DNA of 62,042 bases, the filler included, from Dirinaria sp. TL-2023a (Eukaryota), in NCBI GenBank assembly GCA_051941275.1. It is 13 parts of 13 records of this genome, joined end to end, with 100 filler letters (N's around TTAATTAATTAA, not from the genome) between each part and the next. Parts side by side here need not be neighbours in the genome. Positions count along the whole stretch, not along the records: positions 19,163 to 23,847 come from JAVEBF010001792.1; positions 23,948 to 28,632 come from JAVEBF010001793.1; positions 28,733 to 33,412 come from JAVEBF010001794.1; positions 33,513 to 38,191 come from JAVEBF010001795.1; 9 more parts are not named here. The stretch is one strand, 5' to 3'. Shown here one piece after another: positions 23,462 to 36,826 of this stretch; positions within the stretch are counted from its first letter, which is position 1; each line of letters begins with the position of its first letter. A program made the position numbers and the translations under genes. Below the pieces are notes generated by a model, which was given only the letters and a program-made list of their open reading frames with translations, did no database searches and had not been told where the DNA came from.

Positions 23462-26400
23462 GTTCCAGTGATTAATTCTGGCCGAACCCTCTCCAATTTT
23501 TATCATGCCTCATATTCTCCAGCTGGTTGTGGGGAAAGGTTACATTTTGAGCCATCGGATCACATCATATATATGTTTATGATATCGATATAGCCGGCGT
23601 AGATCACTCTACCTAGGTAGGTAGGTAGGTAGGTAATCTCATTCGGCACTCGGAGCCCGTCTTCTACCAAGACTAGCTATGCGGCCACTGAAAAAATCTA
23701 TCTATAACGGTTTCTGTATTTGATAACATGCAATGAGCGGTTCCTTCCGGCACTTTCGCCTCAGTCCCCTACTCGTATTTCATCCTGTGACAATAAGTAA
23801 AGGGGGCCACAAAGGGCAAAAACACCTCAGTCCAAGAACTGAAGACANNNNNNNNNNNNNNNNNNNNNNNNNNNNNNNNNNNNNNNNNNNNTTAATTAAT
23901 TAANNNNNNNNNNNNNNNNNNNNNNNNNNNNNNNNNNNNNNNNNNNNCCACTTCGTCTTAAAAAAAAAAAAAAAAAAAAAAGGATGTGTACGGCGGACGC
24001 TATACAGGGGCTAGTAAGATCAGATCAGATTAAATCACATCAGAGCTATACTGTACGAGTACTTGTACGACTTAAATCAAAAAAAGAAAAAGAAAAAAAA
24101 ACGAATCGAAGTTCTGTTCTTCGAGGAAGGGAAAGAAAGAAGAGAAAAAACGACTGAGATCGATGTTTGCATGAATAGATTTATGATTTATGTTATATGT
24201 GTCGTGTGAGAAATTCGAAAATATGATTCGAATCGGATGTATGATCCATTTGAGATGAAGGTGGGGGAGATGGATATATGTGAGATTTGGAATTTTAGAA
24301 TTTGTTGAGGATAGAGAGAGAGGGCGGAGGATTTTGGGAAGGGAGTTTTTTTTTTTAAGGGAGTGTTCTTTAAGAGGGATTTTCAGACGCGAAATAAAAG
24401 AAGCAGAAAGAAAGAAGGGAAAAAAAAAAAAAGGTAAAGAAGAAAGTCGAATGAATGATGCGTTCTATGTAATGGAAGTCGATTTTTCTCTTTTTTTTTT
24501 TTTTTACTTTATTTTGGGAATTAAAGGACGAGCTTAGCTTTGTTTTAATTTTTTTTTTTTTTTTTTTTTTAAATATACAATTGTAATGATGAAAAGAGGA
24601 AAAGAAGTGATAAGCTGAAGATGCTCACTTTACATACATATTTAGAATTTCTCTCAATTTCCTTTCGATGGCGTAAAGAAAAAGAAAAAAAGAAAAAAAA
24701 AGAAACTTCGCAGGGTCAGTAAGGTACATGTTGTACGTACTTTATCTGTAAAGGGAAGCTTGAGGTTCGTGTTAAGACGCTCAGCTTCGGATGGGAGAAG
24801 ATGGCTTTGGGGTTTATGGATTTGTCTTGGGTCAGATTTGAATTTTCGAGTCTTTACTTTTAAAGGAAGAGGAGAAAGAGAAAGGTGGGGTTGGGATGAA
24901 CAGACTTTGCAAAGCTTGCGTGACGCATATGATATTATAAAAGGGGAAGGGGGGCAAGGAAAGTCCCGCATACACACAGTCGCATTACTACTATCGGTGA
25001 TGTCGGTCGAATTGAAGTCCATGGTGGATGTATCTATTGGATGATTCTGTGTTTTTGATACACTTTTATGTGTGAGGAATGCGGTAGGGGGTAATGTTTT
25101 TGAGAGAGAGGTGAGAGATGGTGCTTATGCAAGATGGAGATGGGATGTTGTCTTAGTGTGTTATCTGCCTTTGCAACCTGGTTGATTTTCTCGGAAGGCG
25201 GAGACCAGTATTGCGATATTAGAAGGGAAGCTAGAATGGGTAAGAGAACACTTTCCAAGCTCTAAAAACTATTGGTGGCGTCGGCACGAGAAGAGCCGTC
25301 TCTTCATTACTTCCTTTAGCTCGTTCTCTTCCGCCACTCTTTTCTCGTCGGCAACTTCCTTCTGATCTTCACAGCTTATGCGTAGTGGTGTAAGGTCTTC
25401 CACAAGCCTGATATATGAGTTGGATCATTGCCACCAGATGATCCGTTGAAGCAGCTGAGCGGCAACCCTGGAGAAAAGGTGGAATGCGAAGCTGAAAGCG
25501 AGGTGAGTACAAGTGAACGAGAAGTGAGGATAATTGCGTTGCAGATTCAGCATGTCTGAAAGTCCTATTCTGTATCCGGACTCAATCGAATCGAGTCTCA
25601 CGGTCGAAACCGACACGAGTCGGCGCTGTCTTTCTGAGAGACATGTTCGAGGATTTCTTTTCAGAAGACTTGTAGATGGCATTGAACGTGGCTCTGACAA
25701 CTTTGCTCTTGGCCCTTGATCCTGTTGCATAACAATGCCGAGCATGGTGAGCCTCTATAGGTTTCGATGTTAGCAAATAAGCATGTCTTGACGAGGTCAG
25801 CTACCCAACTCACGCAGTTCACTGGCGCTCTTGTGTGCGTGCTCTCGTATGATCAATCCTGGTATTTGGGGTGTTTTCCTCACGTAACAGCCATAGTCAA
25901 GATTGTTTGGGATCTTTCTTGACTCGGACCTGTGCGAAACTGCAGGCTTGTCATGGCCTCTGCCAATCAAAACGATTCGTGTTGGTCTATGAATTCTCAA
26001 GCCCAGAAAATCAAGGCCAGATGCTCCTTGGAGCCCACGTGACTATGCAAGAGAAGGAAAGAATAATGGAACCTACGGTGTCCATAGTAGCACGTAGCTG
26101 AGCAACTGCATGTCACACGTAAATCTAGAGTACGGCGTTGAAGCAGGCTCTGCTGATACGTCCGTAGCTGACTGAAGCGACTGCTGAGCTCAGTCCCAAT
26201 GACCCGGTAGAGGCCATTTTGGTGGCTTGCTTAGGCTAGTGTCACCGACGCCTCAAATCTATAGATCGTAGCTCAAAAGATGCTGAGCACAATTCTCTCC
26301 GAGTACGTCGATGGCGTGATGAACCCTGTTACCAATCCTTGGTCGTGAGGATGTGACGCAGAAGCTTGGTCTGTAGAATCGGTGGCTCGCAGAATAAACA

Positions 26401-28732
26401 GAAAGTTGTCATGATTGCCGTTTACGGTATATTTCACGAGAAAGTGCTTGACATAGAGTCATCAAGTCCAGATTTGGCGTTAACCTCGATATCATTGTGA
26501 TCATCGAAGCCATCATCTAACCTCATGGCTAAGCCAGGAATAGCCATTGCTTAACTTGCTCATATGGCAAGCCCCATTGAGACAACTGTTATTGAGACCA
26601 CGAAGCTACAGAATACGTACGAAACCATCACGGAGCCACCAAAGAGCGCTCACGCTCTTTAGAACGGACGAATAACGCGAGCGCCAACACCGATGGCTTT
26701 CGGGAGACCCACTTTCCCTCGTGTTCTGCGTACAGCCACGTGCTATGTTGGTTCAGTGGGTTCTCCTGAGGATGTGCTGTCCTACCACACTGTAAAGCGT
26801 CCGAACAGTAGAACAGCCTAAAAAATTGAACGGCACATTGAGCAGACTAAGGGAGTATACGCGTATATCATTAGAATAGGAAGATTACTCCGTTGGGAGA
26901 GACAGAGGCGGATACATTACGAGGTGGCAACACTCTCGGTCTTGGGCTCTCCAGAAACCACCGCGAAAGTGAATGGTGGGATTTGGAATCTAAGGCGCGG
27001 AATCTGTCGATTTCTGAGGGATGCCATGTGGCAAGCCTATATCGCTTTGACCTCGAGCACACAATTTATTTTTTTCCCAAAAGCCAAGGAGAAATGGAAA
27101 TGAGCAAACGAAGTCAAAATAGCGTGGCCTGGCCAATGGGGGAACACGAAGCCTTTACGTCTAGACCGAAGTCGGAGTCCCGAGGGTTTGGTCGTTGTAA
27201 TAAGGCTTCGCACTGGTTGCCACACCAGGTTGGAGCCAGCTCGTGGCCGAACGTGGCTCCACGTGGCTTTCAGTCCCATGGTAAAGGGCCATGCATGGTT
27301 GAAGGTTAAGGGACATTGGCTCATCCTGCGTGAAAAGTATGTGGTAGCACTCGGTGGTGGTGGGCAGCACAGAGATCGGGGCCTGGAGGGAGGGGATCAT
27401 GGTGGTGGGCAGGACGTGTTTTTGGCTGGTCGAAACAAGAGTGGAGACCGATTAGCGATGTCTGATACCGAGATTTCGTTTCCAAGAATACGGGTGGTGG
27501 GCGCTGGTCGGTCAAGCTCGGTCATTGTCGTCGAACGAGGCTTCGATCTGTCTTCGAAAACCAGGCTTCCAGCGCATTCGGAGAGCGCCATGCATGAGAG
27601 AAAATTCTCCGCGCAATGTTCTAGTTGCGCAAAGGCGTCGTCCATGGAGATCAGGCGGAGATCAGATCCAGGGGACGAGGCTGGCACGAATGGGCTCAGT
27701 GGTATGCCGCCCCGTGCGACCGATGCCGTCCAGTCGTGCACAATTCGTTCTCGAAACGGGTCTCGACAGATGGCAGTCTCGCGTCGAATGCGCAGTTGAT
27801 GGTTTCAGAAGACCAATTTGGCGGAACATGTGGTTACGAGCAACAATGCGAAAGGTGATGGCCTGGGAAAGCAATAATGTGTACTTTTGCGCGCAGTGCT
27901 CGCTGCACCCCCCCTCATCAGGTTGACACCAAAAAATAATGCGAGGGCGTGGCGCGAGAGCAAGGGGCCAGGGTTAGCTTGAGACAGTACCGTGGCTCGT
28001 CCTTGCATCCTGGCGCCCGTTTTCTGTGGTTCGGGAAAGTGACAGCCTGAGGTTGGTAGTAGTGGACGGACAACCGCTACCTGATTCGAGCAATTCGTCG
28101 AAGTTTAAGCGAAGCGGGTAAATCCGTCGACCAGTGAAAGAGTAAGGTACAGCACAATAGGATTATAGGAGTCCGTCTACTTCCAATCATAAACAGTAAG
28201 TGAAGCAAAACAGATTCCCAAGTACCTACTCGCATCGGTTTCACATTGTGATTGTACAGTGTACACTCACGATCGGACAGAATAGCAAAGTAGGCGTTCG
28301 GAGCTCCGGTGAAGGAGTCACCGTGGCAGCAACAGTTGAGACGAATACCAGGGAACGATATCGTTCAATGATCCTATAAAACACACCCACAAGAAATGAA
28401 CCAAGAGTGTGTGCGTGCATTGCCTCAATCAAGAAATAAAATTGTGATTTCCTACCCATTAATTACTACATACGCTACTACTACAGTAAGGTACTACGCA
28501 CCAAAGGAAAGATCCATATGCCAAGGATACAAATAAACAAGCTCGGTAGGCGAACGAACGAATGGGGGAACCTTCGTGGCTGATGTGCATTGGCGGCCGT
28601 AAGTGTTCCAAGGATCGTAACCCTGCAGCGACNNNNNNNNNNNNNNNNNNNNNNNNNNNNNNNNNNNNNNNNNNNNTTAATTAATTAANNNNNNNNNNNN
28701 NNNNNNNNNNNNNNNNNNNNNNNNNNNNNNNN

Positions 28733-31700
28733 ATTTTGCAACTCCGTCTTTACATCGCTGTAGTTCATTAATATTGGTCGGGGAATATAGAGAAACTTCT
28801 TTCCAGGAGGTCTTTACACTATTTAGTACGCCTTGCAAGCGTATGAAGCAGGTGTATTCATAAGATCTCTAAGCGTAGGATGGTCGACTCAGCTCGAAAA
28901 CTAAGAATTCACAATAGGAACCTACGGGGAAGTTCGGATTCTGGCATAGACTTTTGCAGCATTTTGAGACAAAATTCTACGCGCAAAAAAACGCAGAGTA
29001 TCATCATGAAAAAGCTCAGGAATGAGGCTTAAATTATGCCTTTGGGATATCAGTCCTCTGGAGAGATGATCAGCAGCAATACCTGCCCTGACGCTTACTT
29101 CTCCTCGTTAAGAATTTTTCGAAGTACAGAATTATCTCAATGACCGGTATAAGTTTCTATTAACCCCTCTTTCAGGCCTTCTTTTCCCACCTCTTAAAGA
29201 ATTCCACCTTTTAGATAAATAGAAGAAAATCATTCGAGTTCATTTCATTTGTAAACACCAACAGGAATCATCTATGGAGTATACTCTACCTCTCCAATAC
29301 TCGTCGAACAATCTTTGTGGCGAAGTCTGAGCTGGTCGTTTGCGTGTACCTGCTGGATGATGACTGGCCATCGTTGCTAGATCAATGAAATCGACTACTT
29401 TGAGCGAGAAAGACTGGTCAAAGCAGTGAGCAAGTACTTCATAATACTTTCTATTGACGACTGCAGTCTCCAACGAATCTTGTATCGTTTCCATTCCCTA
29501 AGTACCTTCACATAGTGCTCAATTTGTTCGAGCGCTGAAACTGTGTTCCCGTCAATTTTAAGGTGATATAGGGAAATATGGAGCATGTTGAGTAGCAGAA
29601 TCTAAATTGGGTCATCCCGGCATAATTTGCTCTGTTAAGTTTCTGCGACAACTTTGCCTGAGTCCTGCAACAGCTTCATTGAATTCTTGCAATCCATTAC
29701 TTATCAATTTGCAATGCAAACTGTCGGGATTCCACACAAATTCTATGTGGATCGCAAGTTGTCGACAAGACAGGGTTCTCACATGCCAAACCCTTCGGAG
29801 ACATTCAGCACGTTCGCGACTACAATTTACCAGATCCTGTTCACATGAGTAGACAAATGAACTGCGACGCATGATATCAAATTCAGCGCCCAAGATGATG
29901 AGCGGAGCATGGAATGGCATACACGTAACCGATTGCTCTTAAGCCATTACGCATCTAAATGGAAGACACTACGAGAAATCCCAGCCGACGCGTCTATCAC
30001 TCTTCCATCTCGAGATCCTTGATCTATCGACATAGAATGATCCAAATCAGCTCCGGAGAGCTCCAGCTGGTTCGTTGTAGCTTCCGAAAGGAAGTTTTAT
30101 AGCGGTCACTCGGGTGACTCTGAACGTGGTTGGGAATTAGGTCTATTGAATCTGAGTGGCTAATTCTTCTTGATGTCATGATGGTTTTCGTGCTAAGACA
30201 GTGGCTAGGACTCTACAAGAACTCTTTACTCGCTTGACAATCTTCTTTTCTATTGACTTGGATTTAGCTAACGATCGATTCGGCTTCAGCTTTCGGATCT
30301 AGAGTTATAACAAGAGCTTTCTCTGTGCGGCAAACCTTTCCGAAGTCTTATACTTTTTTATCGATCGTCTATCGAGGATGTCGAATGCCATCGTACTACG
30401 TATTGTCTCTGAAGTAGGACTGGTGAGTGACTGAGAGAGCAGCTCCCTCGGATCGACAAAGCATTGGAATGAATCACTAACTGGCAGGAAAAAATGAAGA
30501 CAGTCGATGATCTGTTGAACGACAGATAAAGCTGAAGAAGCTCAAGTCCGTTTCTGCTGGCATTACGTTTTCTTCGAAATATCAGGATGTACACGACATT
30601 ACAACAAACCTCTGACGCGAGACGCAGAATATTGAGATTTGAGCAAGATTTTTGATCTGACATCAAAACAAAGAAAAGTCTTGAAATTTTGCGATCACTC
30701 TCAAGGAGGAGTGCTGGTGTTTCATAATTACGCAGTATTGACTACTCTGCTCAACAGGGGCTGCACACTTTTTCCATAGAAGAGACGACGAACACACCAA
30801 TTTATCTTTTTCCCACATCAAAGCAGTGTCAGATTCGCTTCGTTCTCTTCTTGTGACGCAATCAGTCTCATCTCAAACCCGTCACTCTCGTTATTGATCT
30901 CGAGACTATGTGATGGATCACCGAATGATACGTCGATGCCTGAAAGAGAATAACAAGTGAGACAGCGCAAACTTTGTTTACAGAAGCGTACTGGATCCGG
31001 CATGATCTGTTTTCTCTTTTTGATTATTTTTTTTACTCATTACAATGCATAAAAGATACTGACTAAGTTGGTCAAAGCACGGTTCGGGGTCGTTTGGCAG
31101 CTTCTAGACATTATGGTCAGGATTGTTAAATTCTGAGTGAGCTGTACTCGCATTCGAAGATGATCGTGTCACAGCGATTGGTAAATGTCGCCAGTCCTAA
31201 AGATCCAAGCGAGTCGAAGAAAAGCGAGCGACAAAAATGGAAATATCATAGAGCCACACCGCATTGACTCCGGACTCGTTGGTCCCGATTATAGGGTTGA
31301 CCTATTTAAAGTTGCATTAAACACTCTATCAACCGAACGGACTTTTATCGATCACGGATTTCACCTGTATGATGAGCATAGCGGCGACCTTCCGTCTAAT
31401 TGCTTCTTATCCGACTATCATGTGGCGAGACTGATCACGAATGAAGAGCATCTATAAGGTTCTTATTCGACAGATTTCACTGCGGACGAAAAGATGCTCG
31501 ATTTGAAAGAAGCAGATCCTTTCCCAGCTTTTCGAAGCCAGACTGCGCGTGAGAAAAGCTAGTCTACTTTCCGTTCTTTGACACGCATCTAGAATCTTTT
31601 ACGAGGATGCGAGAACCTTAGAACTATTGACACTCTCGAGTCAAAAGGTAACATATTGATGAGGCAGCAAAATGATCCCCTTTTTTTTTCCATTCAAGAT

Positions 31701-33000
31701 ATATAACGCAGCTACACTTATAATCTACGATCTCGTACAGAAACAACGATGACCATGATGAGTATAAGTGCAGACAATCGATGATGAAGAGAGGATGAGA
31801 CGGCCCAAACACCATGGAAATTGTTTCCTATCTACAGTTTGCATATCAGGAAAGAAACCATCACCAAAAACTCTAGACACAGCCAATAGGAGTCAAATTC
31901 ATACATTTTCGGTTTTTTCATGCTCATTTTCACCTTTCTTTTCGTTCTCAAGCTTTGTGGAAATCCTCCCTCAGAATTTACATTTTCATCTTCGAAATAT
32001 CAGATACCGAAGTAGAATTAGCTGAAACGGTAACTACGACTAATCCAACTTGTTGGGAAAACCCCAACCGGTCGAGGGTCGCTGGATAAATGACATGAAT
32101 TTGCTGACGAGGTTCAGCACATCAGAAATCGAAATGGTCGCCCAAGATACTGTGATACCAGATAGGTCTTCTTCTCTGCTCGGCTTTCAAGAACAACTGG
32201 GGCGCAGATAGATATAATATGTTTCAGTCGAGCTATTCTCTACCTTTTTTTCAAGATATATAAGCCTTAAGCTTACCGAACACCAATTACAGGAACAGAA
32301 GGAAAAACTGGAAATTACAATCAAGGAGATATCCGCTCTAAACTTCGAATTGGAACCGCTACTCATAGTATACCTACCGGTCACGAAGAGAAAGTCCAGG
32401 CAATTACACTTTTACAGCGAGCCAGGAATCATGTACAAAAGAACAAGATTAATCTCTTAATCATTTTCAGCGCTGCAAAAGCATTGCAAACCAACTGCAG
32501 CGTCGAGATGACTTCTATTGATGATCGAATATTTAGGAGACAAATATCGTTGAGAGAAGCGTTGATAACACGCGAAAAAAAGATCGAACGAAAATACGAG
32601 TGACACGATTTATTGTGATTCGATATGAACGTGAACGAAGTCATCAAGTTTGCGATCAAAATGATAAATTAAGAAGAGTAAGAGAACGACGAGAACGTCG
32701 TCTTTTCTTTCGTTGAGCGGACAGCTGTCAGAGTCTCAGACTTTGAGGTCGGCGTAACATCAGAACGCCATTAACCATGGCGAAAAGATGTAATTACGAT
32801 ATGACCTCCTCGTCGACATCTCCTCGTGGACACAACAAAAAACCTGTTTTCGCGATCAATTTGAGTTCATATAAATTTTTTTTTTTAAAACAAAAGCTTC
32901 AAATTCTATTTCACAACAAAAGTGGTATCATCACGGTAAACCTACACCCTGCCTACCATACCTTGAATTCAATGCTGAATATAAAATTATAGGCCCCATT
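28733..33000. pseudogene. Decayed coding-like or repeat-derived DNA of unidentified origin
   Basis: Many short protein-like ORF pieces broken by stops (e.g. 29240-29920 on -, 31185-31457 and ~32280-32600 on +), lowered GC and CC/GG depletion. No family recognised. Confidence 0.35.
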
Positions 33001-33517
33001 CCGAAGTGGCAACGTCGACTAAGTCCGCTCTAAACCAATAGCGCGATGAGTTTGATACGAAGGCAGATCATAGGTAATTAAATATCGCACTTTCCCAGAC
33101 TAGATATATCGATTAGCATCATAGATATCGGGTTGTCAAGTCTGCGCTCAGGAACTCAACACACGCCCCACCCCTACTCCTTTTCATTATCCACCGTTCG
33201 CAAACTCAGATCAAAATCTCATCCTTTCCCCATCCTCCCAGCTCAGCAAACCCGAACCAAATCAACCATGAATGAAACCCCAATTTCAATACCCAAAGCA
33301 TAGTATCTAACCCAATCCTCAAAATCAACAAAGTAACAAAACATTCATCTCCGCCCTAAACCTGGCGAGGCCAGTTTTATCTACCTCCTCCGCTTTTAGT
33401 ATACACCAGACTNNNNNNNNNNNNNNNNNNNNNNNNNNNNNNNNNNNNNNNNNNNNTTAATTAATTAANNNNNNNNNNNNNNNNNNNNNNNNNNNNNNNN
33501 NNNNNNNNNNNNTTTCC

Positions 33518-33552
<35 letters not shown>

Positions 33553-33819
33553 TATTCTAAGTTGAATGCGAAATTTAGGGGGTGTGAGAAATGAGGATGT
33601 AATTGGAGGGTGGGATTGGTAGGTAATATGGCGGGAAGAATGATAGACGACAAAGTATTTGATGATGTGTTTTGTCATGTATGACAAATGACATCGGAAT
33701 AAGGAAAGCCTCAAATTTGTATTCGTTACTTCTAGCACGTGATTGTTCTTCGCAGTATGACTAACACCATAGGAGCACTCACTTCCCTCGAAGGGTCTAC
33801 TTCCCAACCCTATTCGAGA

Positions 33820-35303
33820 CTACTTCGCAACTCCCTCCCACCGTGCAATGATCATATCTAGCTTCGCGTTGGGAATCCTCCTGACTTCCTCGAGCTTGAG
33901 CTTCGGGTCGGCAGTCTGAAACAGCTCCTCCCATTCGTCTTGGTCGCGCTCTGCTGAGTTTGACATGGCGAACATCGTTATATCAGAGTCCCTGTTGGTT
34001 CACAAGTCAGCGAAATGGATCCCCAAAGAGCCCCGAGTTTGAGATGATTGAGGGTCATTATGAGACACCCACGTGTTCCATTTCTCCTGACGGAGGGGTA
34101 GAGTGCACGGAGGCTCGAGGCATCATTCACTAATCATGATCCGGGCACCGGGTTTCAAGGCCGGGATCAGTGATTTGAGAATCTTGACGCAGTACTTGTC
34201 GGACCAGTCGTGGAAGATCCAGCGGAAGTAATAGATGTCAGCGTCTTTGACGGGCTGTTCGGTAAACATGTCGTGAGCCATAAAGGTCACACGATCAGTC
34301 AAGTCTCCGGGCACCTTCGCCTTGGCATCTTCTATAACCTTTGGTAGGTCCTGAACGACGAAGCGAATCGAAGGGAACTCTTTGGCGATGTCCATGCTCA
34401 CCAGGCCGTGAGAGCCGCCCACGTCGACAACTAAACCCCTCGAGCACATACGAGTTTTGCAGCCCGGGAAATGTTTGCAGAAAACTCATCGCGTCTTTGA
34501 ATCGACTCATGCGTTCTGGGTTCGCCTCGAAGAATTCGAAGCTTGTCTTGCTGGTGTTGTTGGCAAGATTGAACCCCTAGAGTGAGTTTAGTCAGCTGGC
34601 ACAGCTTTTATCGCGACGTGCAAGGTCATATACCGCGTGTTGAGGCTCCTCCGACTCTGGCCACTTTTCAACCGCATCCACCAGCTGTAAGCAACAATTA
34701 GAAGCTGGTTCACGCGCTGCCTTATTATCCTTTGAAAGCTTACATGCATCTTGGCGGGTCCAACCTCGCCCATGCCCATCAGTGCCCATGGTGCCAGCTG
34801 AGGAATTTGAAGCAGGGCTTTCGACGCGGCCGTGTGCTTCACATAGCCTGGCTCTGATTCTCGAAAGAAAAGATCTGTCATTCCATACCTCAAAAGTCTT
34901 GTTAGTTTCTTCACCGGCACCCCGGTCTTGTCCGCAAGCTCCTGGAAGGTTGCACCTGAGTCGAGCGGAACAAGGGTGTGGATATTATAACGAAGGATGG
35001 TCTTGAGACCGACCGAGGTAGCGAACTAATCGGATCAGTGCTCTATCCAGCCGTTTAAATGCGGGCACTCACTGATTTGGAGACAACCGTCTGTATCGGG
35101 CTTTGATTCAGCCAGTACAGCTCGTCTAGAGCAGCGGTCAAGGCTTCTTGGACTGCGGCTATGTCTGGCGGCAGTTGATACATGAGCGGAGCATCTACAT
35201 CGAACGAGGGCCGCGGTAGATTATTCTTTTCGAGGTACTCATCGAGCTTGATCGTGTTGGCCTCGATCTCCTTTGCGAGAGTGACGATGCGACTGGTCGC
35301 CAT
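33820..35303 (-). pseudogene. SAM-dependent O-methyltransferase (Methyltransf_2, OmtA/AflP-like), disrupted
   Basis: VVDVGGSHG, FVVQDLP, AHDMFTEQPV, RWIFHDWSD motifs and four GT-AG introns, but a frameshifting deletion at ~34433-34437 and an in-frame TGA at 34123-34125. Confidence 0.88.
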
Positions 35304-36021
35304 GCTAAAGATCTGATCCAAAGCTGTAGCAAAACTTGCACAACGGATGAGGCGGCTGACGTGTAATGTTAGAAAAGGATTGTTTGCCAGCGGTGTTAAA
35401 GCGAGTCCCTGTTTCGATGGCAAGTGAATGGCTGGGCATTTAACGAATCACAAGGCGGAGAACGCGGGTGATTCGTGAAGATCCTTCCGATGTGGGGCTG
35501 CTTCACTTTGCACGACATCTCGATTGTATCGGGGGTCAATTTCCGTGCTTACTTGCGTTTTTCAAGGAAGGGGGCAAGGGGAGACAAAGATAAACGAAAA
35601 AGAGGAGGTTCGAGACTGCATCACTCAGGTTTGGTTGTGCATTACGAGGGTCGATTGCTGCACAATGAGCGAAAGATTGCTCCTCCACTCATGTTTTCTG
35701 CTGCTTATCAGGTGACTATCTCGACTACTATCTCGACTACTTGCATACGGAGGATCAGACCACAAATGCAGCGGCTGTGTGGGGTTCGCATCAGTGACCA
35801 CTCAAAAGCCATCAGTAGCCGCTGATCGCGCCAGACATGGCTTTTGCCGTGGTCCTCGGTAAGGGTATCTTTGGATTCCCCACTCAGAGTCAATGAGTGT
35901 ACGTAGACCTTCCTGGTATGGAAGATCAGTACCTTAGACTGAGACTGAGTACATACGTTGTGACGCGACAAGCGAGAAGCCAAGCCTCGATTTCTGCCTA
36001 GCGCCTCATACGGTTACTCGC

Positions 36022-36161
36022 ATTCACCTAGTTTCTTGGTCCACCTAGTTTCTTGTTAGGGCTAGGGTTGCAGGGGGTTTTTCACCCCATCAAAATGTAT
36101 TTCATCAACCCTAAGTGAAAAACTGCGGGTAACCCTAGCCCTGACAAGAAACTAGGTGAAT
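36022..36161. repeat. Foldback/MITE-like inverted repeat with telomere-like motifs
   Basis: Left arm 36042-36085 CACCTAGTTTCTTGTTAGGGCTAGGGTT...GTTTTTCAC is the reverse complement of the right arm 36115-36158. An extra terminal copy ATTCACCTAGTTTCTTG sits at 36022-36038. Confidence 0.8.
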
Positions 36162-36826
36162 TCTAAAAGCGTCTTGGATTCCTCCCGCTTCGTGACAGAG
36201 CCGAGGTTTAAGCGGGAAGCGAATGCTTAAATAGACCATGAAACCAGCCTCGATCCCGAAATAGGCAGGGGAAAATGCTGCGCCTGATCCTGATTTGGTA
36301 TCCACCAAGGCACAAAGATCTGACATTTATTCGCATTTGGAAAGTTAGCAAGTAATAACATGAGGCCGCTCACTCGTACGATACTCCGCCAATGATGCAC
36401 CTGGGATCCCGTTCTTTTTTAGCTCCCGTTGGCGAATGTAGGCGTCTATGGCGCAAGCGAGGTTGTTCAGATGCTTGTCCGGCTGAGAATGATTTGACAT
36501 TCATGACTCTGACTCAGCCGGAACATTTGGTTACCGGTCGTTGTGGTGGTCAGAGTGAGAGGCGCAGACAACTATCACGATGTGATAGATCCATAACCAG
36601 TCGTAGGGTGAGTATGTATAAAACGCCTCTCGCTCGCCCACTCGATGTTCCTCTCTCCATCCCGATCACCAGCTCTCAAATCCCAATCTCTACAGCTCCG
36701 CGTCCTATTTCCTTTGTTTATTTCCTTGGTCATTTCCTTGGTTCGAGCCTTCTCCGTTCGTGAAACTATCTCCTTTTCAAGTCCACCCTACACACTCTTT
36801 CCGTCAATCACTCCAATACCTTGGAA

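Noticed and set aside
24585..24620. ATGATGA...CTGA pair resembling a C/D-box snoRNA
   Set aside because: Only ~35 nt apart, in A-rich low-complexity sequence, with no terminal stem or guide.
28733..33000. Starship captain (DUF3435) or transposase remnant
   Set aside because: No tyrosine-recombinase or DDE motifs could be read in the fragments; left as unidentified decayed DNA.
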